Source: an uncultured virus (IMG/VR IMGVR_UViG_3300029258_001891)
Taxonomy: Duplodnaviria > Heunggongvirae > Uroviricota > Caudoviricetes
DNA length: 34,364 nt
Strand: one strand, 5' to 3'
IMG/VR virus record: IMGVR_UViG_3300029258_001891
Shown piece by piece: positions 16,890-25,837 of this stretch. The stretch's first letter is position 1. Every line of letters starts with the position of its first letter. Under the pieces are notes generated by a model. The model saw only the letters and a list, made by a program, of their open reading frames with translations, did no database searches and had not been told where the DNA came from. A program made the position numbers and the translations under genes.

Positions 16890-17327
16890 ATGTCGGAATA
16901 CACCGTGGCACAGGAGTTGTCTTCCATTCTCAACGCGCTGACAAGGTGCACGGATGACCATACGCACGCGTACTACAGCACACTTCAATGGATGGAAGAG
17001 CAGTTTTATCCGTCCGGGGGCGGGTTCGACGACGGAACCACACTGGACTGCAACCGTTCGACGGCAGAGAAGTTGGTTTTCGACACATCATTTCACCACA
17101 TGAACAAGTATGGATTCTACGACGGGTGGACATACCACACTGTCATTGTGCGTCCCCAGTTCGTAGGATTCAAGATCACCATTTCCGGCAGAGACCGGAA
17201 CGACATCAAGGATGACATCTTCGAACTGTTCGATCTTGCGCTCCGACAGGTGTGCAAGAGGATCGACGGCAATGGTGTTCCCGAGTATGGCTGGTACTTC
17301 CGGGATGTGTGGAAGAAAAGGAGATAA
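16890..17327 (+). CDS. Hypothetical phage protein
   Basis: AAAGGAG RBS; PSGGGFDDG..FHHMN..GFYDGWT. Confidence 0.75.
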   Translation: MSEYTVAQELSSILNALTRCTDDHTHAYYSTLQWMEEQFYPSGGGFDDGTTLDCNRSTAEKLVFDTSFHHMNKYGFYDGWTYHTVIVRPQFVGFKITISGRDRNDIKDDIFELFDLALRQVCKRIDGNGVPEYGWYFRDVWKKRR

Positions 17328-17330
17328 CGA

Positions 17331-17660
17331 GTGGCAAAGAAAAAGCTTGTGAAGAAGGCAGTCAAGGAGAAGGAACCGGCCAAGAAGAAAGAGAGTCTTA
17401 CGGCCATCAAGGAAGCCAAGAAAGCCGACGACACCCAGGCGGGTGCTCACATGTACGCCGCTTGCGCGTACTGGCTCAAGGGCAAGTGGACGCCGAAAGG
17501 CGTCCGGTCCAAGCTGGACGAGATGATGGAGTTGTACGAAATCTCGTACAAGGCGAAGATGGCCGCGCAAGCCAGGAAGGACAAGGAGTTGAAGGCTAAG
17601 AAGAAAGGTGGGGGTAAGCACGTTGGCCAGAAAGCGAAGCAAGGTTCTTTCGCGTTTTGA
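17331..17660 (+). CDS. Lys-rich hypothetical protein with FAF C-terminus
   Basis: AAAGGAG RBS; ends QKAKQGSFAF*. Confidence 0.75.
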   Translation: MAKKKLVKKAVKEKEPAKKKESLTAIKEAKKADDTQAGAHMYAACAYWLKGKWTPKGVRSKLDEMMELYEISYKAKMAAQARKDKELKAKKKGGGKHVGQKAKQGSFAF

Positions 17661-17673
17661 AAAGGAGAAAACC

Positions 17674-17889
17674 ATGAAACTGTTTTCGAAGTTCCCGACC
17701 AAGATGATCCTGGACATCGTGAAGAAGGAGACGGGTTCCACGCGCCGGGAAATGCGGGAGGCGCTTCCCGACATTCTCGATTGCGTGAAGCGGGACGAGC
17801 CTGTCCACCGAAGCTGGATTCGCCACATGGGTCGGCTACGTATGCTGGAACAGGACTCGAAAGGGCGAACCAGAGAAAAGGGGAAATGA
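17674..17889 (+). CDS. Hypothetical protein
   Basis: AAAGGAG RBS, ATG 17674. Confidence 0.65.
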   Translation: MKLFSKFPTKMILDIVKKETGSTRREMREALPDILDCVKRDEPVHRSWIRHMGRLRMLEQDSKGRTREKGK

Positions 17890-18173
17890 TGGCAAGCTGG
17901 ACATGCGATGCCTGTGGTACGGTCTTCGATCTCGATTTCCAGGATGCGTGCCACAAGTGCGGGAAGCCTTTCGACACGGATGGCAAGCGAAAGGTCAAAC
18001 TCACTACGTTTGGTCGAATCTACACGGCGAAGGGAGCGGGAACAGGTGTGACAGGCACCATCACGGGCTGGCGCTCGCCGGAAGAAATCGAAGTCTTCAG
18101 GGAGAACTACACGAAAGATCACATGGAAAAACACGGATTCCGGGGTTCCGTGAAAGTTCAATACCTGGATTAG
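17886..18173 (+). CDS. Zn-ribbon protein
   Basis: WTCDACG..CHKCG; ATGA overlap. Confidence 0.7.
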   Translation: MMASWTCDACGTVFDLDFQDACHKCGKPFDTDGKRKVKLTTFGRIYTAKGAGTGVTGTITGWRSPEEIEVFRENYTKDHMEKHGFRGSVKVQYLD

Positions 18174-18185
18174 AAAGGAAAAACC

Positions 18186-18599
18186 ATGAAACTTGTTTTC
18201 GAAGGATCGAGTCTGATCGTCACGCGGGAGAAAGGTGATCCTCCAATCAAGGGCGGTTCATGGGGAAGCAAAGAGTCCCAGCTTCTCTACCACATCAAGC
18301 TGTTGCTCAATGCGGGCGATCACGATCTCGTGAAAAAGCGGATGTGGAAAGACGGTCATTTGGTGGCCGACGAGCAGTTGTATCTCCGCACCCGTTCGAA
18401 GAACAGTCACAAGCCGCACGTTTACATCTGGAACAATCGCTACGCGATTGAGGACGCGGGCGAAGAGTACATGAGAGAAGGGAAGGTGTCTCTCGAAGTC
18501 ATGTACGACGTTTTCGAAAAAGGGCAAAGGACCTTGGAAGAGGAAGAAGAGGGAGGAAGAAGAGGAAGGAGAACCCACGGATGCCGAGTGACTCGATAA
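18186..18599 (+). CDS. Hypothetical protein
   Basis: AAAGGA RBS; 137 aa. Confidence 0.7.
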   Translation: MKLVFEGSSLIVTREKGDPPIKGGSWGSKESQLLYHIKLLLNAGDHDLVKKRMWKDGHLVADEQLYLRTRSKNSHKPHVYIWNNRYAIEDAGEEYMREGKVSLEVMYDVFEKGQRTLEEEEEGGRRGRRTHGCRVTR

Positions 18600-19405
18600 A
18601 AGTGAAAAGGTTCTTGCATTTGATGTTGAACATGTCGTTCCTCGAAACGGAGTCCAAGGGGGAACGTGTCTTCGAACGGCAGATCGTCGCGCAAGAGAAC
18701 GGGAAGAAGCTACGTACTCGCGCCTGGGTGCGTATCTATTCCAGCATCAAAGGCGACAAGTTTCGTGGGGAAGGGGAAGACGCGATCCGCGTTGTCGCTG
18801 TCCGGCGGTGGGAGAATCCTGAAGAGGAAGCTCCGTTGGCCAAGACCACTCGGATCAATCGAACGGAGAACTGGGCTGGCGTGCTGAAACGTGTCCGCGA
18901 ACGGGCGAAGGAGATGTGGAAGGCCGGTGTCGCCAGAAGGAAGACGGCTAAGCGTCCTTCGGAGTTGGCGGCGGAAAAGGAAAGGAGAGAGAACGAACCC
19001 GCCACGGCGAAGCAAATCAGGTACTACGAAGACCTGAGCGGAACGGCAGTCGTTGGCAATTATACCAAGAAACAGATGTCCGCGATGATCGACAACGCAC
19101 GGACAAAGAACGGACTGCCGAAGTCCGAACAGAAGAAGATGGGAAAGAGGAGATACAATCGGGTTCCTGGCAACGAGATCACGAAAAGCCAGTTCGGTTA
19201 TCTGGAAGCGTTGACGGGCGTGGACTACCGGAAGACCGCCAAGGAATTGGGTCTTCTTCGCCTCGAAGGCAGTCAGATGATCGACTTGTGCAAGAAGAGG
19301 GAGAGTAAGATCGAAAGAAGAAATGCTCTTCTCGCGTATTTCAAGAAGCACAAGGCCCGGATCGAAGGAGGTAAGAAAGCGCGGCAGTCGTCGTTCGCTT
19401 TCTGA
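18581..19405 (+). CDS. Hypothetical protein with two AT.KQ..Y-type repeats and FAF C-terminus
   Basis: PATAKQIRYYEDL..SAMID and ITKSQFGYLEAL..SQMID; ends KKARQSSFAF*. Confidence 0.8.
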   Translation: MPSDSIKVKRFLHLMLNMSFLETESKGERVFERQIVAQENGKKLRTRAWVRIYSSIKGDKFRGEGEDAIRVVAVRRWENPEEEAPLAKTTRINRTENWAGVLKRVRERAKEMWKAGVARRKTAKRPSELAAEKERRENEPATAKQIRYYEDLSGTAVVGNYTKKQMSAMIDNARTKNGLPKSEQKKMGKRRYNRVPGNEITKSQFGYLEALTGVDYRKTAKELGLLRLEGSQMIDLCKKRESKIERRNALLAYFKKHKARIEGGKKARQSSFAF

Positions 19406-19438
19406 TTTGCGCGGAGCGTGAAAGGAGGTTGATTTGAT

Positions 19439-19612
19439 GTGAGCAAGGACAAGAGTCACTGGGATCGTTTTGCCGACAGCATGAAAAAGAAGAAAGGAGA
19501 AGAGTACAATGTAGTGAACGCGGGTGCTGATCTACTCACCGCGTTCATCTGTGGTGTGTTCATCGTCGTCGTTGGTTTTCTCGTGAAGTGGATTTTCTTT
19601 TGGAGGGAATGA
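19439..19612 (+). CDS. Small membrane protein (57 aa, not in ORF track)
   Basis: AAAGGAGG RBS, GTG 19439; hydrophobic LLTAFICGVFIVVVGFLVKWIFF. Confidence 0.6.
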   Translation: MSKDKSHWDRFADSMKKKKGEEYNVVNAGADLLTAFICGVFIVVVGFLVKWIFFWRE

Positions 19613-19613
19613 G

Positions 19614-19988
19614 ATGGTGTCAACAGACCCGGACAAGTCGGTCCTGGTGTACGTGGAAGACCTGGGGCGCGAACAGTTACGAGTTCGCGTCGTCCAGCAG
19701 ACCAAGAAGAGCAAGCCGATGATCGACATTCGTCGGTGGTATTTCGACAACCGCGAGGATTCGGAGACGTACAAGACGTGGCAACCCTCGCCTCGTGGCG
19801 TCCGGTTGACCATTTCTTCCTACAAGGCCATCAAGTCCGCCTTGGTGAATGTCAATCTGAAAGGGATCAATGCCGGAAAGGTGGACATCGCCGAACTGGC
19901 GGACTGTGACGTGCCGAAGGAAGCCAACAGGACCGGGGGGAAGAAAAAGAAGAAGGCCGAGAAGAAGGGCCGAAGGTCGGCGAGATAG
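19614..19988 (+). CDS. PC4/p15-like ssDNA-binding protein
   Basis: LRVRV..MIDIRRWYFD..WQPSPRGVRLT matches the PC4 pattern IDIR.WY..P.KKG.L. Confidence 0.8.
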   Translation: MVSTDPDKSVLVYVEDLGREQLRVRVVQQTKKSKPMIDIRRWYFDNREDSETYKTWQPSPRGVRLTISSYKAIKSALVNVNLKGINAGKVDIAELADCDVPKEANRTGGKKKKKAEKKGRRSAR

Positions 19989-20417
19989 ATGAGGCGCAAG
20001 TACAAGACCAAGATGTTCCGCTACACCATGTTGGGAGACTTCTCCAGGACCGGCAACCAAATCCAGAAAACGTTCAAGGTCAAAACAAAGAAGTCTCACT
20101 TCACAATCACGCAGTACAGATCGGGGAGCATATCATGTACTCGGTGCAAGAGCACGATATGCTCTCACATCAAGTTCCTCGTGGACCGGGGGGCGTTTGA
20201 CACATTGGCATACGTCGAATGCCTGGAAAGGAGAAAGCAAGGTGGATATGTACGCCGCACTGGTCCGGCGGCAGAAAAGAATCTTCCGGGTAGGAACCCG
20301 CGTGATCGTGGCAAAGCATCTGGACGAAAAATTTCTGAATCGGGACTTGTACGTGTGCGGAAAGGAGGTAGAAGGAAAGGGCGATTCGAAGCATCTGGTT
20401 TTGCTTTTGGGGATTAA
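19989..20417 (+). CDS. SWIM-like Zn-finger protein
   Basis: ISCTRCKSTICSHIKF; ends GFAFGD*; overlaps next ORF by about 170 nt. Confidence 0.55.
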   Translation: MRRKYKTKMFRYTMLGDFSRTGNQIQKTFKVKTKKSHFTITQYRSGSISCTRCKSTICSHIKFLVDRGAFDTLAYVECLERRKQGGYVRRTGPAAEKNLPGRNPRDRGKASGRKISESGLVRVRKGGRRKGRFEASGFAFGD

Positions 20418-20583
20418 GCGCGGAAAGAGGATCATCCCAAAGGGGATTCGCGCGACCGTCTTCGAGAACGGGGCTTGTCCGATTCAGGTGATCCGCTGGA
20501 ACCCGGACGCATGGAAAGGAGGATTGTATGTAGACGGGCAGAGTTCAAAACGGAAGAGTCGGGTTGTGAAAAAACGTCACTAA
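20248..20583 (+). CDS. Hypothetical protein
   Basis: AAGGTGG before ATG 20248. Confidence 0.55.
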   Translation: MYAALVRRQKRIFRVGTRVIVAKHLDEKFLNRDLYVCGKEVEGKGDSKHLVLLLGIKRGKRIIPKGIRATVFENGACPIQVIRWNPDAWKGGLYVDGQSSKRKSRVVKKRH

Positions 20584-20604
20584 CCTTTTAGGAGAAATGA
20601 AACG

Positions 20605-21951
20605 ATGGCGAAAAGTCCGAAGATTGTGAAGGGCGCGAAGTGCTTGGCGCTCTGTGAGAAGTTCTTCGCGGCACTCGGCAAGATTCTCGGTGGAAAGGCC
20701 GCGAAGCCTGCCGAGGAAGAGGAACCCGAGGAAGAGGAAGAAGAAGAAGCGGAAACCATCGACATCGGTCTTCCTTCCGCGAAACTCATCAAGAAGATGA
20801 AGGGCAAGAAGTTGAAGGCCCTTTGTGAGAAGATCGGCGTCGATCCTGGCGACATGACCTTCGCCGACATCAAGGCCGCGCTGGAAGGTATCGCGGCAGT
20901 GTGCAGCGATGAGGACGCCGTTGCCAACCAAAAGACCTTGACCCGAGCGGCCCGTCTGCTCGACGTGAAGGTCGGGAAGAAGTTGGAGGACAAGGAAGCC
21001 GCAGTGAAGAAGGCTTGCGAAAAGCTCGCTGCCGGTGAGGACGAGGAAGAGGAAGAAGAAGAGGAAGAGGAATCCGAAGAAGAGGAAGAGGAAGAAGAGG
21101 AGGAGGAAGAGGAAGAGGAGGAAGGTGAGGAGGACGAAGAAGAGGAAGAAGAAGAGGAAGAGGAATCCGAAGAGGACGAAGAGGAGGAAGAGGAAGGAGA
21201 GGAAGACGAAGTAGAGGTTGACGAAGAGGAAGAAGAGGAGGAAGAGGAAGAGGAAGAAGAAGAGGAAGCGGAAGCCGACGACGAAGAAGGTGACGAGGAA
21301 GACAACCCGGATCGTCTGACCGTCGCCAAAGAGTTCGTCGCCGGAGCTAGGAAGTCGAAGGAAGCAACGCAAGCCTCGGTGAAAAAGGAGTTCGCGGACT
21401 TCTTCCAACCGAGACACTACAAGCACTGCAACACGAAGCAGTGGCCGGAATACGCAAAGATTCCGGCATTGTTGAAGAAGAAGAAACTCTGGACGGCCTA
21501 CACGCTTTTCAAGTCACTCTTCGTGGCTGACGGTGGAGAGATCGCCGATCTGGACGTGCCTTACATCATCACGCACGAGAAGAACGACCGAGCAACGCCG
21601 TTCTGCAATGGGGTGGTGATGATCCCTGCCGAAAAGGAACTCGACGGGGATGCGCTGGCGAACGTGGAAGCCCAAATGAAGGACGACGAATTCGCCGCGA
21701 TGGATTCGGTGACGGGAACCGTCTTCGCCTTGGTGCCGCCGGATGAGAAGAAAAAGCGGGCCTTCGCATACAGGGAGATCGATCCCAAGAAGGCTGCCAA
21801 GAAGGGCAGGAAGAAAGTGAAGAAGAAGGCGGCAAAGAAGAAGGTGGTAAAGAAGGGCCGGAAAAAGAAAGTGGCAAAGAAGACCGTGAAAAAAGCCGCC
21901 AAGCGGAAGCCGAAGGCTCCGCGCAAGAAGACGGCCAGGAAGCGCAGGTAG
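20605..21951 (+). CDS. Poly-Glu acidic protein with histone H1-like Lys/Ala C-terminal tail
   Basis: AGGAG RBS; about 89-residue Glu/Asp tract; tail PKKAAKKGRKKVKKKAAKKK... Confidence 0.85.
   Translation: MAKSPKIVKGAKCLALCEKFFAALGKILGGKAAKPAEEEEPEEEEEEEAETIDIGLPSAKLIKKMKGKKLKALCEKIGVDPGDMTFADIKAALEGIAAVCSDEDAVANQKTLTRAARLLDVKVGKKLEDKEAAVKKACEKLAAGEDEEEEEEEEEESEEEEEEEEEEEEEEEEGEEDEEEEEEEEEESEEDEEEEEEGEEDEVEVDEEEEEEEEEEEEEEEAEADDEEGDEEDNPDRLTVAKEFVAGARKSKEATQASVKKEFADFFQPRHYKHCNTKQWPEYAKIPALLKKKKLWTAYTLFKSLFVADGGEIADLDVPYIITHEKNDRATPFCNGVVMIPAEKELDGDALANVEAQMKDDEFAAMDSVTGTVFALVPPDEKKKRAFAYREIDPKKAAKKGRKKVKKKAAKKKVVKKGRKKKVAKKTVKKAAKRKPKAPRKKTARKRR
21037..21303 (+). repeat. GAR low-complexity tract (poly-Glu) with internal duplication
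   Basis: GAGGACGARGAAGAGGAAGAAGAAGAGGAAGAGGAATCCGAAGA at 21037 and 21130 (one mismatch). Confidence 0.9.
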
Positions 21952-21963
21952 GCGCTGAATCAT

Positions 21964-22019
21964 GTGGTGGGGCGGAGGCGGCGATTTGTGAAGCGTCACG
22001 CCCTACCACTTTCTCTTTT
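21964..22019 (+). terminator. Intrinsic terminator
   Basis: GTGGTGGGGCG/CGCCCTACCAC stem followed by TTTCTCTTTT. Confidence 0.65.
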
Positions 22020-22034
22020 CGAGGAGGGTAGGAA

Positions 22035-22355
22035 ATGGCGAAGAAGAAACGGAAGAAGCGGAAGAAGCCTCGCGGAGAGGACGAAGAGGTTCCCGCGAAG
22101 AAGAAGCGCAAGTACAAGAAGCGCAAGCCCGCCAACGGAAGGAAGAAGGGCAAGCGCGGAAGGAAAGCGAAGGAGGTAGCCGTTGTTGTTTCGTTTACTG
22201 ACGGCGGCAATCACGTCTTCACGACCCCGAAAAGGGCTTTCGAGGATACCGTCAAGAAGGAACTGAGTGGGTACGAACCGGAGAGCGTCAAGGACATCCG
22301 GGCTTTCGGGAACGAGATTCCCGTCCGTATCCGCTACGGCTTCAGCCTCGTTTGA
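22035..22355 (+). CDS. Basic hypothetical protein
   Basis: GAGGAGG RBS; Lys/Arg-rich N-terminal half; ends RYGFSLV*. Confidence 0.75.
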   Translation: MAKKKRKKRKKPRGEDEEVPAKKKRKYKKRKPANGRKKGKRGRKAKEVAVVVSFTDGGNHVFTTPKRAFEDTVKKELSGYEPESVKDIRAFGNEIPVRIRYGFSLV

Positions 22356-22361
22356 GGTAGT

Positions 22362-22400
22362 CGGGAGTGGGGATGTCAAAGTCCCCACTCCCGTTCTTTC
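22362..22400 (+). terminator. Intrinsic terminator
   Basis: CGGGAGTGGGGA/TCCCCACTCCCG perfect 12-bp stem followed by TTCTTTC. Confidence 0.8.
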
Positions 22401-22414
22401 AACCGGAGAGAACT

Positions 22415-23605
22415 ATGACCAACCACGAAAGAAAAATCGTCGAGAACCTGTTGGAGATTGAAAAGGAGGTTAACGAAGTGCTGGCGGAAAGGGAAGACGC
22501 GCTACGTGCCTGCATCTATGCACTCATCCTTCGGATGCACGCATTCATGTTTGGTCCTCCCGGTACGGCGAAGTCTCTTGCCGCGAAACTCCTTTTGGAA
22601 TCCATCGAAGGGGCATCGTACTTTCACAAGCAGCTTACCCGCCAGATGACAGAGGAAGCGGTGTTTGGTCCTCTGAACGTGAAGAAGTGGCGGGAGGAAG
22701 GCGAGTATGAGTACAACATCAGAGGCGGGATGGCCGACTGCCAGCTTGCGCGTCTGGAAGAGTATTTCGACGCAAGCGATGCGTGCATTCGGAGCATGAA
22801 CGAGGTTCTGAACGAACGGGAGTACACCCGTTCAATCGGAAAGCCCGTCCAGTCTCCGTTGCATACCGCGATTGCCACGTCGAATTTCTGGCGTGACAAG
22901 AACGACGCGCAGGCCGTCGCGGATCGTTTCCTGTGCCGGATCAAGGTTCCCGATCTGGAAGAGGGGGCGTCACGCATTAATGTTGTGACGGCGTTCCTCG
23001 AAAACGGATTGCCGGAAGTCGAAGGAACCATTTCATTCGAGGACATCGAAAAGCTGGCCGATCTCCGGGAGACGGTCGAAGTCGATGAGGATGTTGTCGC
23101 GGCTTACGACGAACTCTTCGAACTCTACCGGCAGAGATTGGGGAAGGGCGAGGACATCTCCACTCGGCGGTATGTGTGGTCGGCCATGCTCATCCAGGCA
23201 TCCGCTATCCTGGACGGGCGAACGGAAGCCGAAGCGCAAGACATTCACGCGACCCGCTTCGGACTCTGTTTCATCGGTAACAGCGACCACGAAACGGCTT
23301 TCGAGGAAGTCTATCAGAAAGTCGTCGGCAACATCGAAGAGAAGAGCAAGTCGCGGAAGCAGTTGCAGACGTTCTCCCGTGTTCTCGATAAGGTCGAAGC
23401 GAAGACAAAGACCGGGAGCGCGAACCTTTTGGTGAAGTACCATCAGGAATTGATGACCATCAAGGGCGGCTTCAAGAACAGGAAGGTGCCTGTGAATCCC
23501 GATGCCAGCGTGGAGAAGGGTTTCGCTGAAGTCGAGCAGCGTTGCGCGAAACTTCTGGAAGCCGTCAGCAAGAGAATCAAGCCCGAAGACTTGCCGACTT
23601 TCTGA
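22415..23605 (+). CDS. MoxR/RavA-family AAA+ ATPase
   Basis: FGPPGTAKS, EEAVFGP, LNER, ATSN, AVADRF, ISTRR..ASAILDGR. Confidence 0.92.
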   Translation: MTNHERKIVENLLEIEKEVNEVLAEREDALRACIYALILRMHAFMFGPPGTAKSLAAKLLLESIEGASYFHKQLTRQMTEEAVFGPLNVKKWREEGEYEYNIRGGMADCQLARLEEYFDASDACIRSMNEVLNEREYTRSIGKPVQSPLHTAIATSNFWRDKNDAQAVADRFLCRIKVPDLEEGASRINVVTAFLENGLPEVEGTISFEDIEKLADLRETVEVDEDVVAAYDELFELYRQRLGKGEDISTRRYVWSAMLIQASAILDGRTEAEAQDIHATRFGLCFIGNSDHETAFEEVYQKVVGNIEEKSKSRKQLQTFSRVLDKVEAKTKTGSANLLVKYHQELMTIKGGFKNRKVPVNPDASVEKGFAEVEQRCAKLLEAVSKRIKPEDLPTF

Positions 23606-23618
23606 GAAAGGAGGGGAA

Positions 23619-25196
23619 ATGATCCGGGTATGTTATCATTACCACAAGGAGAAGAGGCTGAAGCGAACGCGGATGCCTGTCCTTGACGACGATGTGAAAA
23701 AGGAACTTCACGCCATCGCACGGAAGTTCCAGATCGACGATGAGGGTTTCGTCCAGGACTTGTACCTCATGCTAAAGTCCACAGGCCGTGCTCTCATGTC
23801 CCGGAAGAACGCCAAGCGCAATGTCAAGCGGATGATGAAAGACGAAGGGTGGACGTGGACTGCCGCGTACAAGCGAATGGCGAAGCACTATTCCTTCTTT
23901 CGGAAGCTGAAACACCTTCCGTACTTTCTGAAGTTGTGCCAAGTCAAGGACACCTACGATGCCGTGGAGAGGTTGTTGGCCATCTTCAAGAAGCTGAGCG
24001 CAAAGACTCAACCCGCGCGGTGCAATGCGTGCAATCACGCGAAGGATTGTGCGTTCGGAAAGCAGTTCAGCAAAGGGCACACGTCGTATCACAACATGCC
24101 GAACACGTTTTCCATTGACCACACCAAGAAGGTGAGCAAGGACTGTAAGGAACCTCCGTCCGCCGTCGATCCTTTGGTTCACGCCGTGATCGCGCTCTCG
24201 ATCCTCACTGTCATTCTCGATCCGATCCAAGGTGCCGCTTTCGCGGAACACATGGAACAGAACGGGGGAGAGAGTGCCACCGTGGAATTGGTCAACATGA
24301 TGATTCCGATGAATCAGGTCGGAAAGGCAACGCCGGAATTCGATGCCACATTCACGGGAGAGTCTTTCGTCAAGCGTCTTGAGCAAATGGTGGACGATGT
24401 TACGTCAAGGCAGCTTGCGATCTTCGAACTGGCAAGAACGTTCAACGAAACTTTATTGCCGGGTGAATCGGAAGAGAAGGAAGACGTGGAGTACATCTCC
24501 CACGATTTCCGCGCGAGGGAGATCAGGACCGTGGAGGAAGTTCCCAAGGCGCTCCCCGGTGAAGTCATTGACGATGACATGATGGACAAGAAGCTGGTCA
24601 CGGGGGAACTCCAAGTCCGGCAGGACATGCAACGGCAAAAGAAGAAGCAGTATTTCCACACCTTGCTGGACGTGTCGGGTTCGATGAACTCCATGATCGC
24701 GCCGAACGTCTACGCCTTGCACACGAAGGGAACTTTCGCTTCCGCGTTGTGCCTGTCCGTCATCAAAAAGATCAGCTTGGAACAGGGAACCATGCTGTTC
24801 CGGTTCTTCGCTGGCCAGCCGGATCGGCTCAAGATCGCGGACGACGACGATTCGATGGCCGATCTCGCGCGCATGGTTGGCATCTCCGATTTCAACGGGG
24901 GTGGAACCGAAATCATGCTCGCCTTGAAAGCGGCTTGTGAAGACATCCGGGAAAAGGAGAAGGAAGGAAAAGGTAAAGCCGAAATCCTTTTGATCTCGGA
25001 TGCCGAGTCATACGTTGACGAGAGCAAACTGGCAGGCATACTGAAAGACGACATTCGGTTGCATGTGTTGGATGTGTCTCCGCAAGGCTACATTGCACAC
25101 GCGGATACGCCACTGCGAAAGCTGGCGGCATCGTACTACAAGGTCGATCCTCAGAGTATCCAGTTTGATGATATTGCGAAAGCCGCGTCAGACTAA
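23619..25196 (+). CDS. VWA-domain protein (ViaA-like AAA+ partner) with Cys cluster
   Basis: MIDAS LLDVSGSM, GGTE, LLISDAE; CNACNHAKDC; AAGGAGG RBS. Confidence 0.9.
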   Translation: MIRVCYHYHKEKRLKRTRMPVLDDDVKKELHAIARKFQIDDEGFVQDLYLMLKSTGRALMSRKNAKRNVKRMMKDEGWTWTAAYKRMAKHYSFFRKLKHLPYFLKLCQVKDTYDAVERLLAIFKKLSAKTQPARCNACNHAKDCAFGKQFSKGHTSYHNMPNTFSIDHTKKVSKDCKEPPSAVDPLVHAVIALSILTVILDPIQGAAFAEHMEQNGGESATVELVNMMIPMNQVGKATPEFDATFTGESFVKRLEQMVDDVTSRQLAIFELARTFNETLLPGESEEKEDVEYISHDFRAREIRTVEEVPKALPGEVIDDDMMDKKLVTGELQVRQDMQRQKKKQYFHTLLDVSGSMNSMIAPNVYALHTKGTFASALCLSVIKKISLEQGTMLFRFFAGQPDRLKIADDDDSMADLARMVGISDFNGGGTEIMLALKAACEDIREKEKEGKGKAEILLISDAESYVDESKLAGILKDDIRLHVLDVSPQGYIAHADTPLRKLAASYYKVDPQSIQFDDIAKAASD

Positions 25197-25337
25197 CGAC
25201 TCAAGAGAGAAGTTTTGCAAGTGACGATAGCGAAGAGGTTCAAGATCACTCAGCCCCCCGTGAGTCAGATAAAGAGGAACCTGACTTGGTGTGACATCCA
25301 GTTCGACCAAGTGGCGGAGGCAAGCGCAGATGCCTAA
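25197..25337 (+). pseudogene. Relic C-terminal HTH of an HNH endonuclease
   Basis: Reads RLKREVLQVTIAKRFKITQPPVSQIKRNLTWCDI..*, similar to EISRKFGVHQVTITDIKLGRSWGWL in the HNH gene at 5710-6286. Confidence 0.55.
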
Positions 25338-25827
25338 GCGCAAACATCAATCAGCATTCGACTTTGGTGGGGGTGAGCACGTTGTTCTGAAAAAGAAAGC
25401 CAAGAAGAAGAACATCAAGAAGAAGACGAAGAAGAAAGTACCGCCTCCCGTGAACCAGCCTGTTGAAGTGGTGAAGGTCATCACGCCGGATGCTGATGCG
25501 TTTGCCGTGCTTGCGTATGTTTTGATCCGTCATTATGTGCATCGCAACTATTCCGTGACCGGAGCGAATATCGATGAAGGTATTTTCTTGAAACAAGTGT
25601 CGGAGAAATTCGGCGCATTGAGAAGGCAAGCCGGTGACAAAGTGTTGTGCGAGACGATACAGTCCGTATTGGACAATCTCGCGTACAGGGAACTCACCGA
25701 CGATCCAGACGCATTGCACGCGGGGTATGAAACGATTCAACTTGAAGGAGCTTTGCGGAGAATGGGCTGGCAACGGATCAAAACAGAAACGCTGCCAAAG
25801 AAAAAGGAGGAAGGCTTTTCCTTCTGA
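25330..25827 (+). CDS. Hypothetical protein with FSF C-terminus
   Basis: GGAGG RBS; ends PKKKEEGFSF*. Confidence 0.75.
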   Translation: MPKRKHQSAFDFGGGEHVVLKKKAKKKNIKKKTKKKVPPPVNQPVEVVKVITPDADAFAVLAYVLIRHYVHRNYSVTGANIDEGIFLKQVSEKFGALRRQAGDKVLCETIQSVLDNLAYRELTDDPDALHAGYETIQLEGALRRMGWQRIKTETLPKKKEEGFSF

Positions 25828-25837
25828 GGAGGTAGAC

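Noticed and set aside
20545..21426. Minus-strand poly-Ser and poly-Phe/Leu ORFs
   Set aside because: Antisense shadows of the poly-Glu codons
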